Assembly: GCA_035526135.1 (NCBI GenBank)
Contig: DATLDA010000057.1
Coordinates: 1 to 48,080 of the forward strand
Origin: Flavitalea sp.
GTDB lineage: Bacteria; Bacteroidota; Bacteroidia; Chitinophagales; Chitinophagaceae
Length of the DNA stretch: 48,080 nucleotides
Direction of reading: 5' to 3'
Both the position numbers and the translations under genes were made by a program. Shown piece by piece: positions 35,789 to 45,571 of the stretch; positions within the stretch are counted from its first letter, which is position 1; every line of letters starts with the position of its first letter. The notes beneath the pieces were generated by a model. That model saw only the letters and a program-made list of their open reading frames with translations. It did not search any database and was not told where the DNA came from.

Positions 35789-37168
35789 CTAAATAAACTC
35801 CTTAATATCCTGCATCAACCTGAGCGCAATATTATTGGCAGTGGTTTCGAAACTGCTTTCCGCATAGATGCGGATGATCGGTTCGGTATTCGACGTGCGA
35901 AGGTGAACCCAGTCTGTATCAAATTCAATCTTTAACCCGTCTTCGGTATTGACTGGTTGCTTCTTGTATTTCTTTTTTATTTTTTCAAAAATAGCTTTGA
36001 CATCAATTCCGTTCTCCAGTTCGATCTTGTTCTTTGAAATAAAATAATCAGGATATTTCGTCCGGAATGACCGCATACCATTGCGGTGTTTGGAGAGGGA
36101 ACTGAGAAATAAGGCAATTCCAATCAATGCGTCCCTGCCATAATGCAGATCGGGAACTATAATTCCGCCATTTCCTTCTCCGCCAATGACTGCATTCACC
36201 TCTTTCATTTTCGAAACAACATTCACTTCGCCGACTGCAGAAGGAAAATATTCACCTCCATGTCTTTCAGTGATTTCTTTCAGCGCTTTTGTACTGCTCA
36301 TGTTGCTCACTGTGTTACCTACCTTTCTGCTCAATACATAATCGGCAACTGCTACCAGCGTGTACTCTTCCCCAAACATGCTTCCGTCTTCACATACGAA
36401 ACATAGCCTGTCAACATCCGGATCAACGGCAATACCGAAATCTGCTTTATTCTTTTTTACGGCGAGACTCAACTCTCCCAGGTTTTCAGGCAATGGCTCG
36501 GGGTTGTGAGCAAATCTTCCATTTACTTCTCCATTCAATACAATGATGTCTTCAACTCCAAGTGCCCGAAGCAGATCAGGGATAATAAGCGCCCCGGTAG
36601 AATTGATCACATCGACGACCGCCTTATATTTTTTTTGTGCGATGGATGGTATATCAACCAGAGGATATTCAATCACCAATTCAATATGTTTTCTGAAGTA
36701 GGTATGATTCGGCCTGCAAGTGCCTAATTTGTCCACCGGTGCAAACCGGAACGATTCTGCGTCTGCTTTTTTCAATACGATTTCTCCATCTGCTGCATCA
36801 ATAAATTCTCCCGAGCTGTTGAGCAACTTCAATGCATTCCACTCTTTTCCATTATGACTTGCCGTGATGATAATACCGCCCGCCGCTTTTTCAGAAGTGA
36901 CCGCAATTTCTACCGTGGGTGTCGTTGAATAGCCTAGATCAATGACATCCATTCCAAGGCTGGTCAGGGTATTCATGACAAGGTTTTGAATCATTTCACC
37001 ACTGATTCTTCCGTCACGTCCCACAACGATTGTCCGGTTGCTATTTTTTTCCAACAGCCAGCTGGCAAAAGCTGCTGTGAATTTTACTATGTCTGTGGGA
37101 GTTAGATTTTCGCCGGAACTTCCCCCAATCGTTCCACGTATACCCGAAATGCTTTTGATCAATGCCAC
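35789..37168 (-). CDS. glmM: Phosphoglucosamine mutase
   Basis: Alpha-D-phosphohexomutase family. The phosphoserine loop is ITASHNGKEWNALK, the Mg loop is GIAVDPDVDR, and there is a GEGNGG block. GTG start. Confidence 0.88.
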   Translation of the reverse strand: MALIKSISGIRGTIGGSSGENLTPTDIVKFTAAFASWLLEKNSNRTIVVGRDGRISGEMIQNLVMNTLTSLGMDVIDLGYSTTPTVEIAVTSEKAAGGIIITASHNGKEWNALKLLNSSGEFIDAADGEIVLKKADAESFRFAPVDKLGTCRPNHTYFRKHIELVIEYPLVDIPSIAQKKYKAVVDVINSTGALIIPDLLRALGVEDIIVLNGEVNGRFAHNPEPLPENLGELSLAVKKNKADFGIAVDPDVDRLCFVCEDGSMFGEEYTLVAVADYVLSRKVGNTVSNMSSTKALKEITERHGGEYFPSAVGEVNVVSKMKEVNAVIGGEGNGGIIVPDLHYGRDALIGIALFLSSLSKHRNGMRSFRTKYPDYFISKNKIELENGIDVKAIFEKIKKKYKKQPVNTEDGLKIEFDTDWVHLRTSNTEPIIRIYAESSFETTANNIALRLMQDIKEFI

Positions 37169-37188
37169 GATTGCTGGTTTACGAAAGT

Positions 37189-37196
37189 CAAAAATA
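37189..37196 (-). promoter_or_regulatory. Bacteroidota -7 promoter box TAnnTTTG (TATTTTTG on the minus strand)
   Basis: Exact motif 20 nt upstream of the glmM GTG at 37168. Confidence 0.45.
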
Positions 37197-37375
37197 ACTG
37201 TTTGCTGATGGGGGATACGACGAACGATGGGAATTTTCAGGATGGGGATTCGGAGAAACCGGCATTACCGGAGAATGAAGATAAAAAATAGGGCTGTTAA
37301 ATGGAAATGAAAATTTCAGGTACTCAGCCATATTTATACACATTGCATATTTCATCCTGATAACCCCGTCTGGCA

Positions 37376-37383
37376 TAAATTTG
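37376..37383 (+). promoter_or_regulatory. Bacteroidota -7 promoter box TAnnTTTG (TAAATTTG)
   Basis: The exact motif overlaps the TTG used as the track start (37381) and lies 6 nt upstream of the ATG at 37390. Confidence 0.4.
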
Positions 37384-37389
37384 TTGCTG

Positions 37390-38160
37390 ATGTACGGCCG
37401 AAACGAAAGACACGTGTTGAAAGATACCTGGTTCAGGGAATGGTTTGATTCCCCTTTTTATCATAAACTGTATTTTCAAAGAGATGAAGCCGAAGCGGCT
37501 GCATTCCTGGAACGATTAGTAGGGTTGCTGCGTCCCCCTCCTGGTTCGAGCATGCTCGATGTCGCCTGTGGCAGGGGCCGACATTCCATGATCCTCGCTT
37601 CAAAAGGATTTGATATTACCGGAATCGATCTTTCCATGGCCAGTATACAGGAAGCAAAATCAGCAGAGCACGATAAGCTTCATTTCTACCAGCACGACAT
37701 GCGCCTTCCTTTCTGGATCAATTATTTTGACTATGCCTTTAATTTCTTCACCAGTTTTGGTTATTTCAAAAGTGAGAGGGAGCATTATAATGTGATCCGG
37801 ACGATCGCAGATTCTCTGAAGCAGGACGGCACACTCCTACTCGATTACCTCAATGTTCATTATGCCGAAGAACATCTCCTTCCAAATGAAAAAAAAGAAA
37901 TGGATGGAACCATCTTTTATCTAACACGATGGTTTGATGAAACACATTTCTACAAAAAAATAGAAATTGAGGATGACTCACTGGAGGCACCCCTCATATT
38001 CATGGAGAAAGTTGCCAAATTCAATCTTGGAGATTTCAATGATATGTTTTCCTACCACCACCTGCAGGTACAGGAAATATTCGGCAATTACAATTTTCAT
38101 AACTACCACCTGTATGATTCTCCCCGGTTAATAATTGTGGCAAAAAAAATGCATTTTTAA
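37390..38160 (+). CDS. Class I SAM-dependent methyltransferase
   Basis: Motif I MLDVACGRGRHS, motif II FDYAFNFFTSFGYF, and post-I GIDLS. The start was moved from TTG 37381 to ATG 37390 because of the -7 box. Confidence 0.8.
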   Translation: MYGRNERHVLKDTWFREWFDSPFYHKLYFQRDEAEAAAFLERLVGLLRPPPGSSMLDVACGRGRHSMILASKGFDITGIDLSMASIQEAKSAEHDKLHFYQHDMRLPFWINYFDYAFNFFTSFGYFKSEREHYNVIRTIADSLKQDGTLLLDYLNVHYAEEHLLPNEKKEMDGTIFYLTRWFDETHFYKKIEIEDDSLEAPLIFMEKVAKFNLGDFNDMFSYHHLQVQEIFGNYNFHNYHLYDSPRLIIVAKKMHF

Positions 38161-38166
38161 TAACGA

Positions 38167-40263
38167 CTATTCTCTTACAAAAATTATTGAAGGATTTTCT
38201 GTTACGTTGACCCGAATTACACCATTTTTCACAACTATCATTTCTTCTTTCCCCTGTAATTGCTTATCCTGAAATGTAACTTTCCTGGCCTCTCCTCTTA
38301 AAGACCGCGTGTTGAAAGTAAAATCCTTTACTGTTGTGCCATTATGTGTTGGACAATACATAAAATAAGCAACCGAATCGCGTGATTTACTGTTGCGGTA
38401 TTGATAAATCCAAACTTTACCTTTTTCGCTGATGACTTTTTCAGGAACATAATCACCGAGATGATTTACGAGCGTATTGATATAATACCAACCGGGATAT
38501 GGAGTATAATTCTGGTTGGGGTCCTGATACAATACACCACTGGTAAGATAAACACCGTCATGGTTTTCATTTTCCGTGTCTTTTATCCAGTATAGAATAA
38601 AGCGATCGAATCCTGAAAAGGCCGTTGCATTGATCGCGCGGAGAATCATGATCCCCTGACTTTCTGATTGCGAATAACCAGGAACCAAAGGAGCTGAAAC
38701 TTTACTTTTCCTGCTCTTGTCGTAACCATATTCCCCAAGAATACATTCAACGCCGGGTTGAATGCGGTAAGTTCGGTCCCGTATGGCGGTGAGTTTTTGA
38801 CGTAAAGAATCTTCTTCCGGCGTTATGCCACCTGTGGAATTTCCAAATCTTTCCAACGGAGTTTTCCCCTTGCCGTTTGTTGAGTAATGATGATATTGGA
38901 TACCTCCCTTCCAGAGGAATGTGCTGTCAGATCTAAGATTATTACAAAGAAATTTCAGGATCCGAAGGCGATTTGAATTCAGCGAAGCAAATCCACTCAG
39001 CATAAGGGAACTGCCGGGATCAGCATTTTTTATTCCATTCCGCTTTCCCAATAAACCTTCATGCCCATCGTAATCCGCAGAGCTCATTGCGAAATATTCC
39101 ATCGGTGTCCAGAATTTATCGCCCACCCAATACGCATCATTTTCATTTCCGTTTTCAAATGTCGTCATTACATTTCTTCCGGAAAATTTCGGATTGGTAC
39201 TATTGCTTGCAATTAGTGCAGTATCCACTTTTGTGGCTCCGTAGCTGGCTGCCAGATTCCACATCATGGAAGCATGACGCGCATAACTGGAAGGATCCTC
39301 TGTATTCATGCCGGGTTTTGTTACCGGTTTATCATGAACAGAATATCCTTTTATTTCCATCCATTTAGGAATGCCTAACAGACTGTACCACAATTTGGTT
39401 TTATTGAAACGCACAATGGAATCAGGATACAAAGCATAGTCTTTTACTCCGGTATGATACCAACCGTGAGGAGTAAGATGAAATGATATATCGGGATATT
39501 GATTTGTCGTATCTGTATCAATCTGATTAATATAAGTATATACTCGCGAATAATAGAAAGGTTTCATGAATTCGATCGGTGTTGCCTGATATCCGTTCAC
39601 TCCGATGAATTCACGAATTTTTTTAGCAGGGAGACGAACTCCCGTATAATTTTCTTCTTTTTTTTCAGGGGGCACCGGTGCGAGCGCACAACCATATAAA
39701 ACCATTTCACGAATATCTGCCGCTACACTGGCAAATCGGATCATTAGAAACCGCGTGCTGTCTTCTACTATCGCCTTTCGCCAGCCAAAATCGCCATCGC
39801 TCGTTCTGAATGCAGCTTTCAGTTTCCATTCCTTCATGGTTCCTGTATAGATCCAAACACTGTCCTGTTTCTGCGACCGGTCGTACAGGTAAATTTCCTT
39901 CAGTTGGTACGGGATCTTCAGATCGATCACAATACGGCTTCCTATATTTTTTGGAAAATAAATCTCGGGATCCCGAAAGGGGTGAGGAGATGTAACTGCA
40001 TCTTTTCCTTTTCCAATCGCAGGATCACTGGATCCGTTTTCATCAAAAAGATTAAAGGCAGAATTGCCGCCAACACTTTCATAAGCGCTTAAATCGTAAA
40101 CATCTTCCGGATGAATTCCGGTGATCTTCCGGGGTGTGGTACAATTAGCTGTTGCTGTTGCCGTGTTACCCGCTATCAATTGATACTGCAGGTCACCTGA
40201 TCGTCCTGCGCAGGAAAAGAAAAGCAGGATTCCATAATAAGTAATTTGACGGGAACGCATCAT
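38167..40263 (-). CDS. Lipoprotein with an N-terminal discoidin (F5/8 type C)-like domain and a clan GH-A-like TIM-barrel region
   Basis: Lipobox LLFFSCAG. Residues about 40-190 look like a galactose-binding/discoidin fold (IVIDLKIPYQLKEIYLYD...MIRFASV...REMVLYGC). A later TFENGNENDAYW block resembles the acid/base NE motif of clan A glycosidases. The family assignment is tentative. Confidence 0.55.
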   Translation of the reverse strand: MMRSRQITYYGILLFFSCAGRSGDLQYQLIAGNTATATANCTTPRKITGIHPEDVYDLSAYESVGGNSAFNLFDENGSSDPAIGKGKDAVTSPHPFRDPEIYFPKNIGSRIVIDLKIPYQLKEIYLYDRSQKQDSVWIYTGTMKEWKLKAAFRTSDGDFGWRKAIVEDSTRFLMIRFASVAADIREMVLYGCALAPVPPEKKEENYTGVRLPAKKIREFIGVNGYQATPIEFMKPFYYSRVYTYINQIDTDTTNQYPDISFHLTPHGWYHTGVKDYALYPDSIVRFNKTKLWYSLLGIPKWMEIKGYSVHDKPVTKPGMNTEDPSSYARHASMMWNLAASYGATKVDTALIASNSTNPKFSGRNVMTTFENGNENDAYWVGDKFWTPMEYFAMSSADYDGHEGLLGKRNGIKNADPGSSLMLSGFASLNSNRLRILKFLCNNLRSDSTFLWKGGIQYHHYSTNGKGKTPLERFGNSTGGITPEEDSLRQKLTAIRDRTYRIQPGVECILGEYGYDKSRKSKVSAPLVPGYSQSESQGIMILRAINATAFSGFDRFILYWIKDTENENHDGVYLTSGVLYQDPNQNYTPYPGWYYINTLVNHLGDYVPEKVISEKGKVWIYQYRNSKSRDSVAYFMYCPTHNGTTVKDFTFNTRSLRGEARKVTFQDKQLQGKEEMIVVKNGVIRVNVTENPSIIFVRE

Positions 40264-42269
40264 GGCCGTTGAACTTTTTGTTTGTTATTATGGAGAATTA
40301 AAAAACCGGAAGACAGATATAATGCATCCGACAATTCTTTCATTTCAGCTATCATTTGTTTTTGCGTATCGTCAGACAAATGCACAGGATTTTTTATTAC
40401 AGGTACCATTTCAGTCATTTTTGTTTCCATATTGATTCGCAACAAATGGTCGTTTTTCACAACACCGTATTGTTTCATGTCCGGATCAAATATGAATGCA
40501 AAATCCTGACCGGCATCCTGATTAAGAACATCTCTGCCGAGCGTGCTATTCGTATAAGCAATGCCTGTTAATCCTGCAATGGTTGGTAACAGGTCTATCT
40601 GAGAAACTATTTTCGTAATTCTTCTTGTACTATCTAGCATTCTTCCGAAAAACAACAACGGAACATGCAACGCACTCAATCGTTGACCGGTCCAAGCGGA
40701 AGGAAACATTTCCTGAGCGTTACCGGGAATTCCATGATCTCCGATAAATACGAAAAGCGTTTCATTAAAGTAAGGCTGGGCGGCAGCTACCTCCATAAAT
40801 TTTCGAAAGGAAAAATCGGTATAGCGGAACGCATTCATTTCTGCGAGACTTTCAAATCCGTATTTTGTTAATGTATCTTCCGCTACACGCACTTTTTGAA
40901 ATTCATCAAGGTCTTCATCGGGGATCGAATAAGGCCGATGATTATCGGCTGTCTGGATCACCGCAAAAAAAGGAGCACGCTCTTTCCCCAGGATCGATGC
41001 TGCTTCCATTAAAAGATTTTTATCACTGATTCCCCAGACATCGAGTTTCGGTGCTTTAAAATCTTGCTGTTCATACAAGTGGAGATCCTGAATATTATTT
41101 GTGAGCAATCCGCGTATGTTTGCCCAGCTCGAACTTCCTCCCAGGAAGTAATATTTTTCATACCCCGAAAAATCATTGATGATGGTGTGCTGGTCAACTG
41201 CAGCCGGGTTGCGGCTCGCCGTGCTTTTTTGAACAACATCCGGTATGCCTGTTACAATGGCCCAGATCCCTCTTGCTGTTCCGTAAGTAGGAGTAAAACA
41301 ATGGTCAAAAAAAATTCCTTTTCTGCTGAGGCTGTCAAAAAAAGGCGTGGTGTTCAATGGATTCCCCCACATTGAACTTTTGTATGCACTGAAGGATTCA
41401 CAAATAATTACTACCACATTAGGTGAACGCTTAGTTTTATTTGCAACTGCTCCTGTTTTTCTGTAAAATGAAATGGAGTCAGCAATAGTGAAAGGATAAT
41501 ATTTTCCGAGTACCGGAAAGTAAGGATGCAATTCCTTTGCAGTGACAGGTTTCTCACGGAATCGGAGTGTATTGAAAAATGATTCAAACGGATTCAGCGC
41601 GAGATTAGCTACGTAATCATTCCCGAGAGAAAAAGCGTCGCTCCATCGTAGGGGATACTGGCCTGCCTTTCCAAAAATGAACATCGCGAGCAAAAGGAAA
41701 GTGACTGCAAATGCAATCGTTTTTTTCTTCTTTGAGTGAATAGCCTGTTGACCCCTGATCCTTTTGTAAACTGATCTGAAGAGAAAGAAAAATGCGATCA
41801 TCGCGGCGAAAATCCCGAGCAAGATCCAAATGACGGGATAGGATTGCCACACCATATTCACTGATATGCCGAAGTCCTGCAGATAATTCAGTACGCTCGC
41901 ATTGAGTCGTTGGCTCAGGTAACTGTAGTGCGTAAAATCAAACGTATAAAAAAATAATATGAAGAGGACGGCAATGGTTAGAAAGATGATCCAGAATATC
42001 CCTGTTTTGTTTGAACGGAAAGGATGAACGGGCGGAATGCTTCCAAAGACCAGCACCAGCAGCAGGATGATTGCTATTGCACGCAGATCAAAACGAAATC
42101 CCAGAAAAAAAGCTTTTCCGACAGCTGTTGTACTGGTTCCATGCTTGTCAAAAAAAAGGAAAAATCCGATGCGTAAGACTGTGAGTAGTATCAGAAGCAC
42201 GATCCCGTTGAAAAAGATATAACTGATCAATCTGGGTACGGGAAAAACGCGCCTCATAACAGGAATCAT
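40260..42269 (-). CDS. LTA synthase / phosphoglycerol-transferase family protein (alkaline-phosphatase superfamily, membrane anchored)
   Basis: Five N-terminal TM segments, then a sulfatase-type domain (NVVVIICESFSAY, DVWGISD, ADNHRPY, FIGDHG). Its stop overlaps the downstream start in ATGATG. Confidence 0.8.
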   Translation of the reverse strand: MIPVMRRVFPVPRLISYIFFNGIVLLILLTVLRIGFFLFFDKHGTSTTAVGKAFFLGFRFDLRAIAIILLLVLVFGSIPPVHPFRSNKTGIFWIIFLTIAVLFILFFYTFDFTHYSYLSQRLNASVLNYLQDFGISVNMVWQSYPVIWILLGIFAAMIAFFFLFRSVYKRIRGQQAIHSKKKKTIAFAVTFLLLAMFIFGKAGQYPLRWSDAFSLGNDYVANLALNPFESFFNTLRFREKPVTAKELHPYFPVLGKYYPFTIADSISFYRKTGAVANKTKRSPNVVVIICESFSAYKSSMWGNPLNTTPFFDSLSRKGIFFDHCFTPTYGTARGIWAIVTGIPDVVQKSTASRNPAAVDQHTIINDFSGYEKYYFLGGSSSWANIRGLLTNNIQDLHLYEQQDFKAPKLDVWGISDKNLLMEAASILGKERAPFFAVIQTADNHRPYSIPDEDLDEFQKVRVAEDTLTKYGFESLAEMNAFRYTDFSFRKFMEVAAAQPYFNETLFVFIGDHGIPGNAQEMFPSAWTGQRLSALHVPLLFFGRMLDSTRRITKIVSQIDLLPTIAGLTGIAYTNSTLGRDVLNQDAGQDFAFIFDPDMKQYGVVKNDHLLRINMETKMTEMVPVIKNPVHLSDDTQKQMIAEMKELSDALYLSSGFLILHNNKQKVQRP

Positions 42270-42304
42270 AAGGTGCTAAAATTATTGTATTTATTTTTAG
42301 GCCT

Positions 42305-42907
42305 ATGGTTTTACTGGCAGACAGCTGGCTGAATGAATTTTGGGATTGGATCCGGCCAGCTGATAGTTGGCTGCTGTATCGCATCAACCAGGATCTGCAG
42401 CTTCCCTTATTGGATTACCTCGCCCTGTTTTTCAGGGAGACCATCTTCTGGACCCCCCTGTATTTGTTTCTTTTGGTTTTTATCCTGTGGAATTTCGGTT
42501 CAAAAGGATGGTGGTGGGTGCTCGCTGTAATTCTTGTTGTCGCCCTTTCCGACCTTATTAGCAGCCAGCTTATTAAGGAACTATGCTGGCGATTAAGACC
42601 CTGCCGCGATCCGGACATAGCCGGGACGCTGCGTTTTATTATTAATTATTGCCCCGCCAGCTCCAGCTTTACTTCGTCTCATACCACCACTCATTTTGCC
42701 CAGGCTACTTTTTTCTATTTAACTTTACGGCATACCTCTTCCTGGTGGAAGCTGGCGTTTCTGTGGGCTTTCCTGATCGGTTTTTCACAAATCTATGTCG
42801 GAGTGCATTATCCGTTCGACGTTCTTTGCGGGGGATTGTTGGGATGGCTGATAGGCTGGGCGGTCTACAAATTGTATTACAGGCAATTTGGATTGCTTCT
42901 CCTATAA
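42305..42907 (+). CDS. PAP2 family phosphatase (membrane)
   Basis: PAP2 motifs KELCWRLRP, TSSH (a PSGH variant) and SQIYVGVHYPFDV. About 5 TM segments. Confidence 0.8.
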   Translation: MVLLADSWLNEFWDWIRPADSWLLYRINQDLQLPLLDYLALFFRETIFWTPLYLFLLVFILWNFGSKGWWWVLAVILVVALSDLISSQLIKELCWRLRPCRDPDIAGTLRFIINYCPASSSFTSSHTTTHFAQATFFYLTLRHTSSWWKLAFLWAFLIGFSQIYVGVHYPFDVLCGGLLGWLIGWAVYKLYYRQFGLLLL

Positions 42908-42925
42908 TCTAACTAGAACCAATAC

Positions 42926-44221
42926 ATGCAAGAGATTCTATTGATTTTGGGTCTGATCTTACTCAATGGTCTGTTTTCAATGGCTGAAATTGCATTGGTG
43001 TCGTCCAGGAAAACCAGGCTGGAATCGCAGGCAGCAAAGGGCGACAAAAGGGCAAAGGAAGCATTGGACCTTTCTAACCATCCTGACACTTTTCTATCAA
43101 CAGTTCAGATTGGCATTACGCTCATTGGAATTCTTACAGGTATCCTTTCCGGCGAACGGCTCAAATCAAATTTTGTAGCCTGGCTGAATCAGTTTGACAT
43201 GATACGCAATTACAGCAGCGGAATTGCAACTGCTATCATCGTAATAATCATTACCTATTTTTCCCTGGTCCTGGGAGAACTGGTTCCTAAACGAATCGGG
43301 CTCGCCAAACCGGAGCCTGTTGCAAAATTACTGGCCGCACCGATGCGACTTCTCAGTAAGGTCACTCACCCTTTCATATGGCTTCTCAGTAAATCAACCA
43401 ACGTGATCGTCAGGCTTTTCAATCTCAGATCCAAAGATAATCACATGACGGAAGATGAGATCAAGGCCATTATTAATGAAGGAACGGAGCAGGGGACCAT
43501 TGATGAAGCAGAACAGGAAATCATTGAAAGAGTTTTTCATCTGGGTGATCGCAGCATTACTTCCCTTATGACACATCGCAGTGATATTCTTTGGTTCGAT
43601 CTATACGATAATGAGGCGACCATCAAACAAAAAATTCTTTCCCAACCTCATTCTGTATACCCGATCTGTGAAGGTCAGATCGATGATATCCGTGGTGTTG
43701 TTTCCATCAAAGATCTTTATGTCGCTGACGACCTCACACTTTTTAAGGATCTCATGCAACCTGCTTTGTATGTTCCGGAAAATAATACTGCCTACCAGGT
43801 ATTGGAAAAATTTAAAGAATCGAAGATCCATTCGTGCTTTATTATTGATGAATATGGAAGTCTTCTTGGGATGATCACGCTCAATGATATTCTTGAAGCA
43901 ATCGTCGGGGATCTTCCGGCACAAAATGTAGATGATTACAATATTTTTGAAAGGGATGACGGGTCGTACCTGGTTGATGCGCAAATTCCATTCTATGATT
44001 TTTTGAGCAGATTTGAAAAAACAGAATGGATGAATGAAGGAGAACAGGATTTTGATACACTTGCGGGGTTCATCCTGCATAAGCTCGAACGAATTCCCCA
44101 TATTGGTGACAAACTTGATTGGGAAGGTTTCCAGATTGAGATCATGGATATGGATGCGCAGCGCATCGATAAAGTGCTGGTGAAAATATCAGAAGAGATC
44201 AAGGAGAATATGGAGGAGTAA
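42926..44221 (+). CDS. CNNM/TlyC-type hemolysin family protein (DUF21, CBS pair, CorC_HlyC)
   Basis: The DUF21 N-terminus has 4 TM segments (FSMAEIALVSSRK...GELVPKR), followed by a CBS pair and a C-terminal CorC_HlyC block (TLAGFILHKLERIPHIGD..DWEGFQIEIMDMDAQRIDKV). Confidence 0.88.
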   Translation: MQEILLILGLILLNGLFSMAEIALVSSRKTRLESQAAKGDKRAKEALDLSNHPDTFLSTVQIGITLIGILTGILSGERLKSNFVAWLNQFDMIRNYSSGIATAIIVIIITYFSLVLGELVPKRIGLAKPEPVAKLLAAPMRLLSKVTHPFIWLLSKSTNVIVRLFNLRSKDNHMTEDEIKAIINEGTEQGTIDEAEQEIIERVFHLGDRSITSLMTHRSDILWFDLYDNEATIKQKILSQPHSVYPICEGQIDDIRGVVSIKDLYVADDLTLFKDLMQPALYVPENNTAYQVLEKFKESKIHSCFIIDEYGSLLGMITLNDILEAIVGDLPAQNVDDYNIFERDDGSYLVDAQIPFYDFLSRFEKTEWMNEGEQDFDTLAGFILHKLERIPHIGDKLDWEGFQIEIMDMDAQRIDKVLVKISEEIKENMEE

Positions 44222-44231
44222 TTGTGGCGGT

Positions 44232-44313
44232 GAGCTATGAGATACGTCGTGTATCGCGAATGTTCAATTTAATTATAACACAATAGAACCGATTATTCCT
44301 CATTGCTCATTAC
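44232..44313. repeat. Weak inverted pair of the CTATGAG / CTCATTG word family in a convergent spacer
   Basis: tgagctatgaga (left) versus the reverse complement of cctcattgctca (right) matches at about 10 of 12 positions. The spacer is about 55 nt. The word family is the same as at 35620-35784. Confidence 0.45.
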
Positions 44314-44340
44314 TGTAGGCGCATTGCCCAAAGCCTTACC

Positions 44341-44862
44341 TTAAAACTCGAATTTCGCATTCACTTCCGGATAACTGAGTCTTGTACTTTTCCGCACACC
44401 ATTGACGGACATATGCATGATATTGATCTGCTGGTTGAATGCATCATACAAAATATTATTCGTGATCTCTATTTTATGCGGAGCACTCGTATTGCTCACC
44501 TGGAAATAGCTCCACACTGATTCCTGTTCTCTTTCGAAACCCACATATTCCAGCGTTACTATTTTTCCGTCAAGCTTTACCTGGATGTGCTTTTTAATAT
44601 AGTCCGCAATGATTTTATCTATTGCTTCCTTATTTGCCGGTTTCACCAGGTCTACTTTGGTATGATAAGCTTTTACAAGCGTGGTTTCGAAATCTTCTGT
44701 AAAAATCCGACAACTGATCTCCAGGTTCTTATCGGCCGCATTATGATTTAATTCGGTAACACTCACAAAGAAAGGATGCATGAAATCCGGAGCTGTGGAC
44801 TCAACCGTTCCAGGTAAAAAACCGGCAATAACAAATAACCATTTAAATAACAAAGTGGCCAT
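44341..44862 (-). CDS. DUF6702 family protein
   Basis: HPFFVSVTELNHNAADKNLEISCRIFTEDFE is the N-terminal block I associate with DUF6702. About 170 aa with a hydrophobic leader. Confidence 0.6.
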   Translation of the reverse strand: MATLLFKWLFVIAGFLPGTVESTAPDFMHPFFVSVTELNHNAADKNLEISCRIFTEDFETTLVKAYHTKVDLVKPANKEAIDKIIADYIKKHIQVKLDGKIVTLEYVGFEREQESVWSYFQVSNTSAPHKIEITNNILYDAFNQQINIMHMSVNGVRKSTRLSYPEVNAKFEF

Positions 44863-44971
44863 TAAACATTAAATTTTTTCTGTTACAAATCTCTGCTTTA
44901 TTTTGAAGACCTTTTCATTGAAAGCGTTAAAAATTTGAGAGGTAATTTCCGGCCCGGGTACAGCGAAAATT

Positions 44972-45550
44972 ATGCAGGATTTCAATGATTATTTTGCCGA
45001 AGGGTGGAAGCACATTATGAGCTGGGATGCGTTGGATCATCTTCTGTTTATAGCTGTTCTGAGTGCGATTTATGTGATAAAAGACTGGAAACAAGTGCTT
45101 GTACTGGTAACCGCATTCACCATTGGACATTCACTTACATTGGCATTGAGCGTTTTGGATATTATCCGTTTTCCCATCCCCATTGTAGAATTCCTGATTC
45201 CCTGTACCATCGTGTTCACTGCCATATCAAATCTTTTCCAGGAAACTTTTTCACAACGCAGTGCCCGAACGAATTATTTTTTAGCCCTGTTTTTCGGCCT
45301 TGTTCACGGGATGGGATTTGCAAATGTTATCCGCTTCATGCTGGCCCGTGATCAATCGTTGGGTACAGCGCTATTCGGATTTAATGTTGGGTTAGAAGCT
45401 GGTCAGATCACCGTTGTGACAATTCTTTTATCACTCTCCTGGTTATTCGTAAACAAATTACTCGTACCCCGCAGGCAGTGGGTGATTTTTTTATCGGCAG
45501 GTGTATTTAGTTTAGCTTTGAAAATGGTTTTTGAACGCATCCCTTCATAA
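44972..45550 (+). CDS. HupE/UreJ family membrane protein (putative Ni/Co/metal transporter)
   Basis: GWKHIMSWDALDHLLFIAVL (the H-x-x-x-G.DH type N-terminal motif), six TM segments, and FGLVHGMGFA. Confidence 0.75.
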   Translation: MQDFNDYFAEGWKHIMSWDALDHLLFIAVLSAIYVIKDWKQVLVLVTAFTIGHSLTLALSVLDIIRFPIPIVEFLIPCTIVFTAISNLFQETFSQRSARTNYFLALFFGLVHGMGFANVIRFMLARDQSLGTALFGFNVGLEAGQITVVTILLSLSWLFVNKLLVPRRQWVIFLSAGVFSLALKMVFERIPS

Positions 45551-45571
45551 AAAATAAAAATAAGCATACAC

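Noticed and set aside
44863-44971. Possible metal or B12 riboswitch upstream of the HupE gene. Possible ncRNAs in the spacers 29794-29967, 30686-30857 and 37169-37375 were also considered.
   Set aside because: I could not recognise any conserved riboswitch core (no B12 box, NiCo or yybP-ykoY-like elements), nor a tRNA or other known RNA fold. An Rfam scan would be needed.
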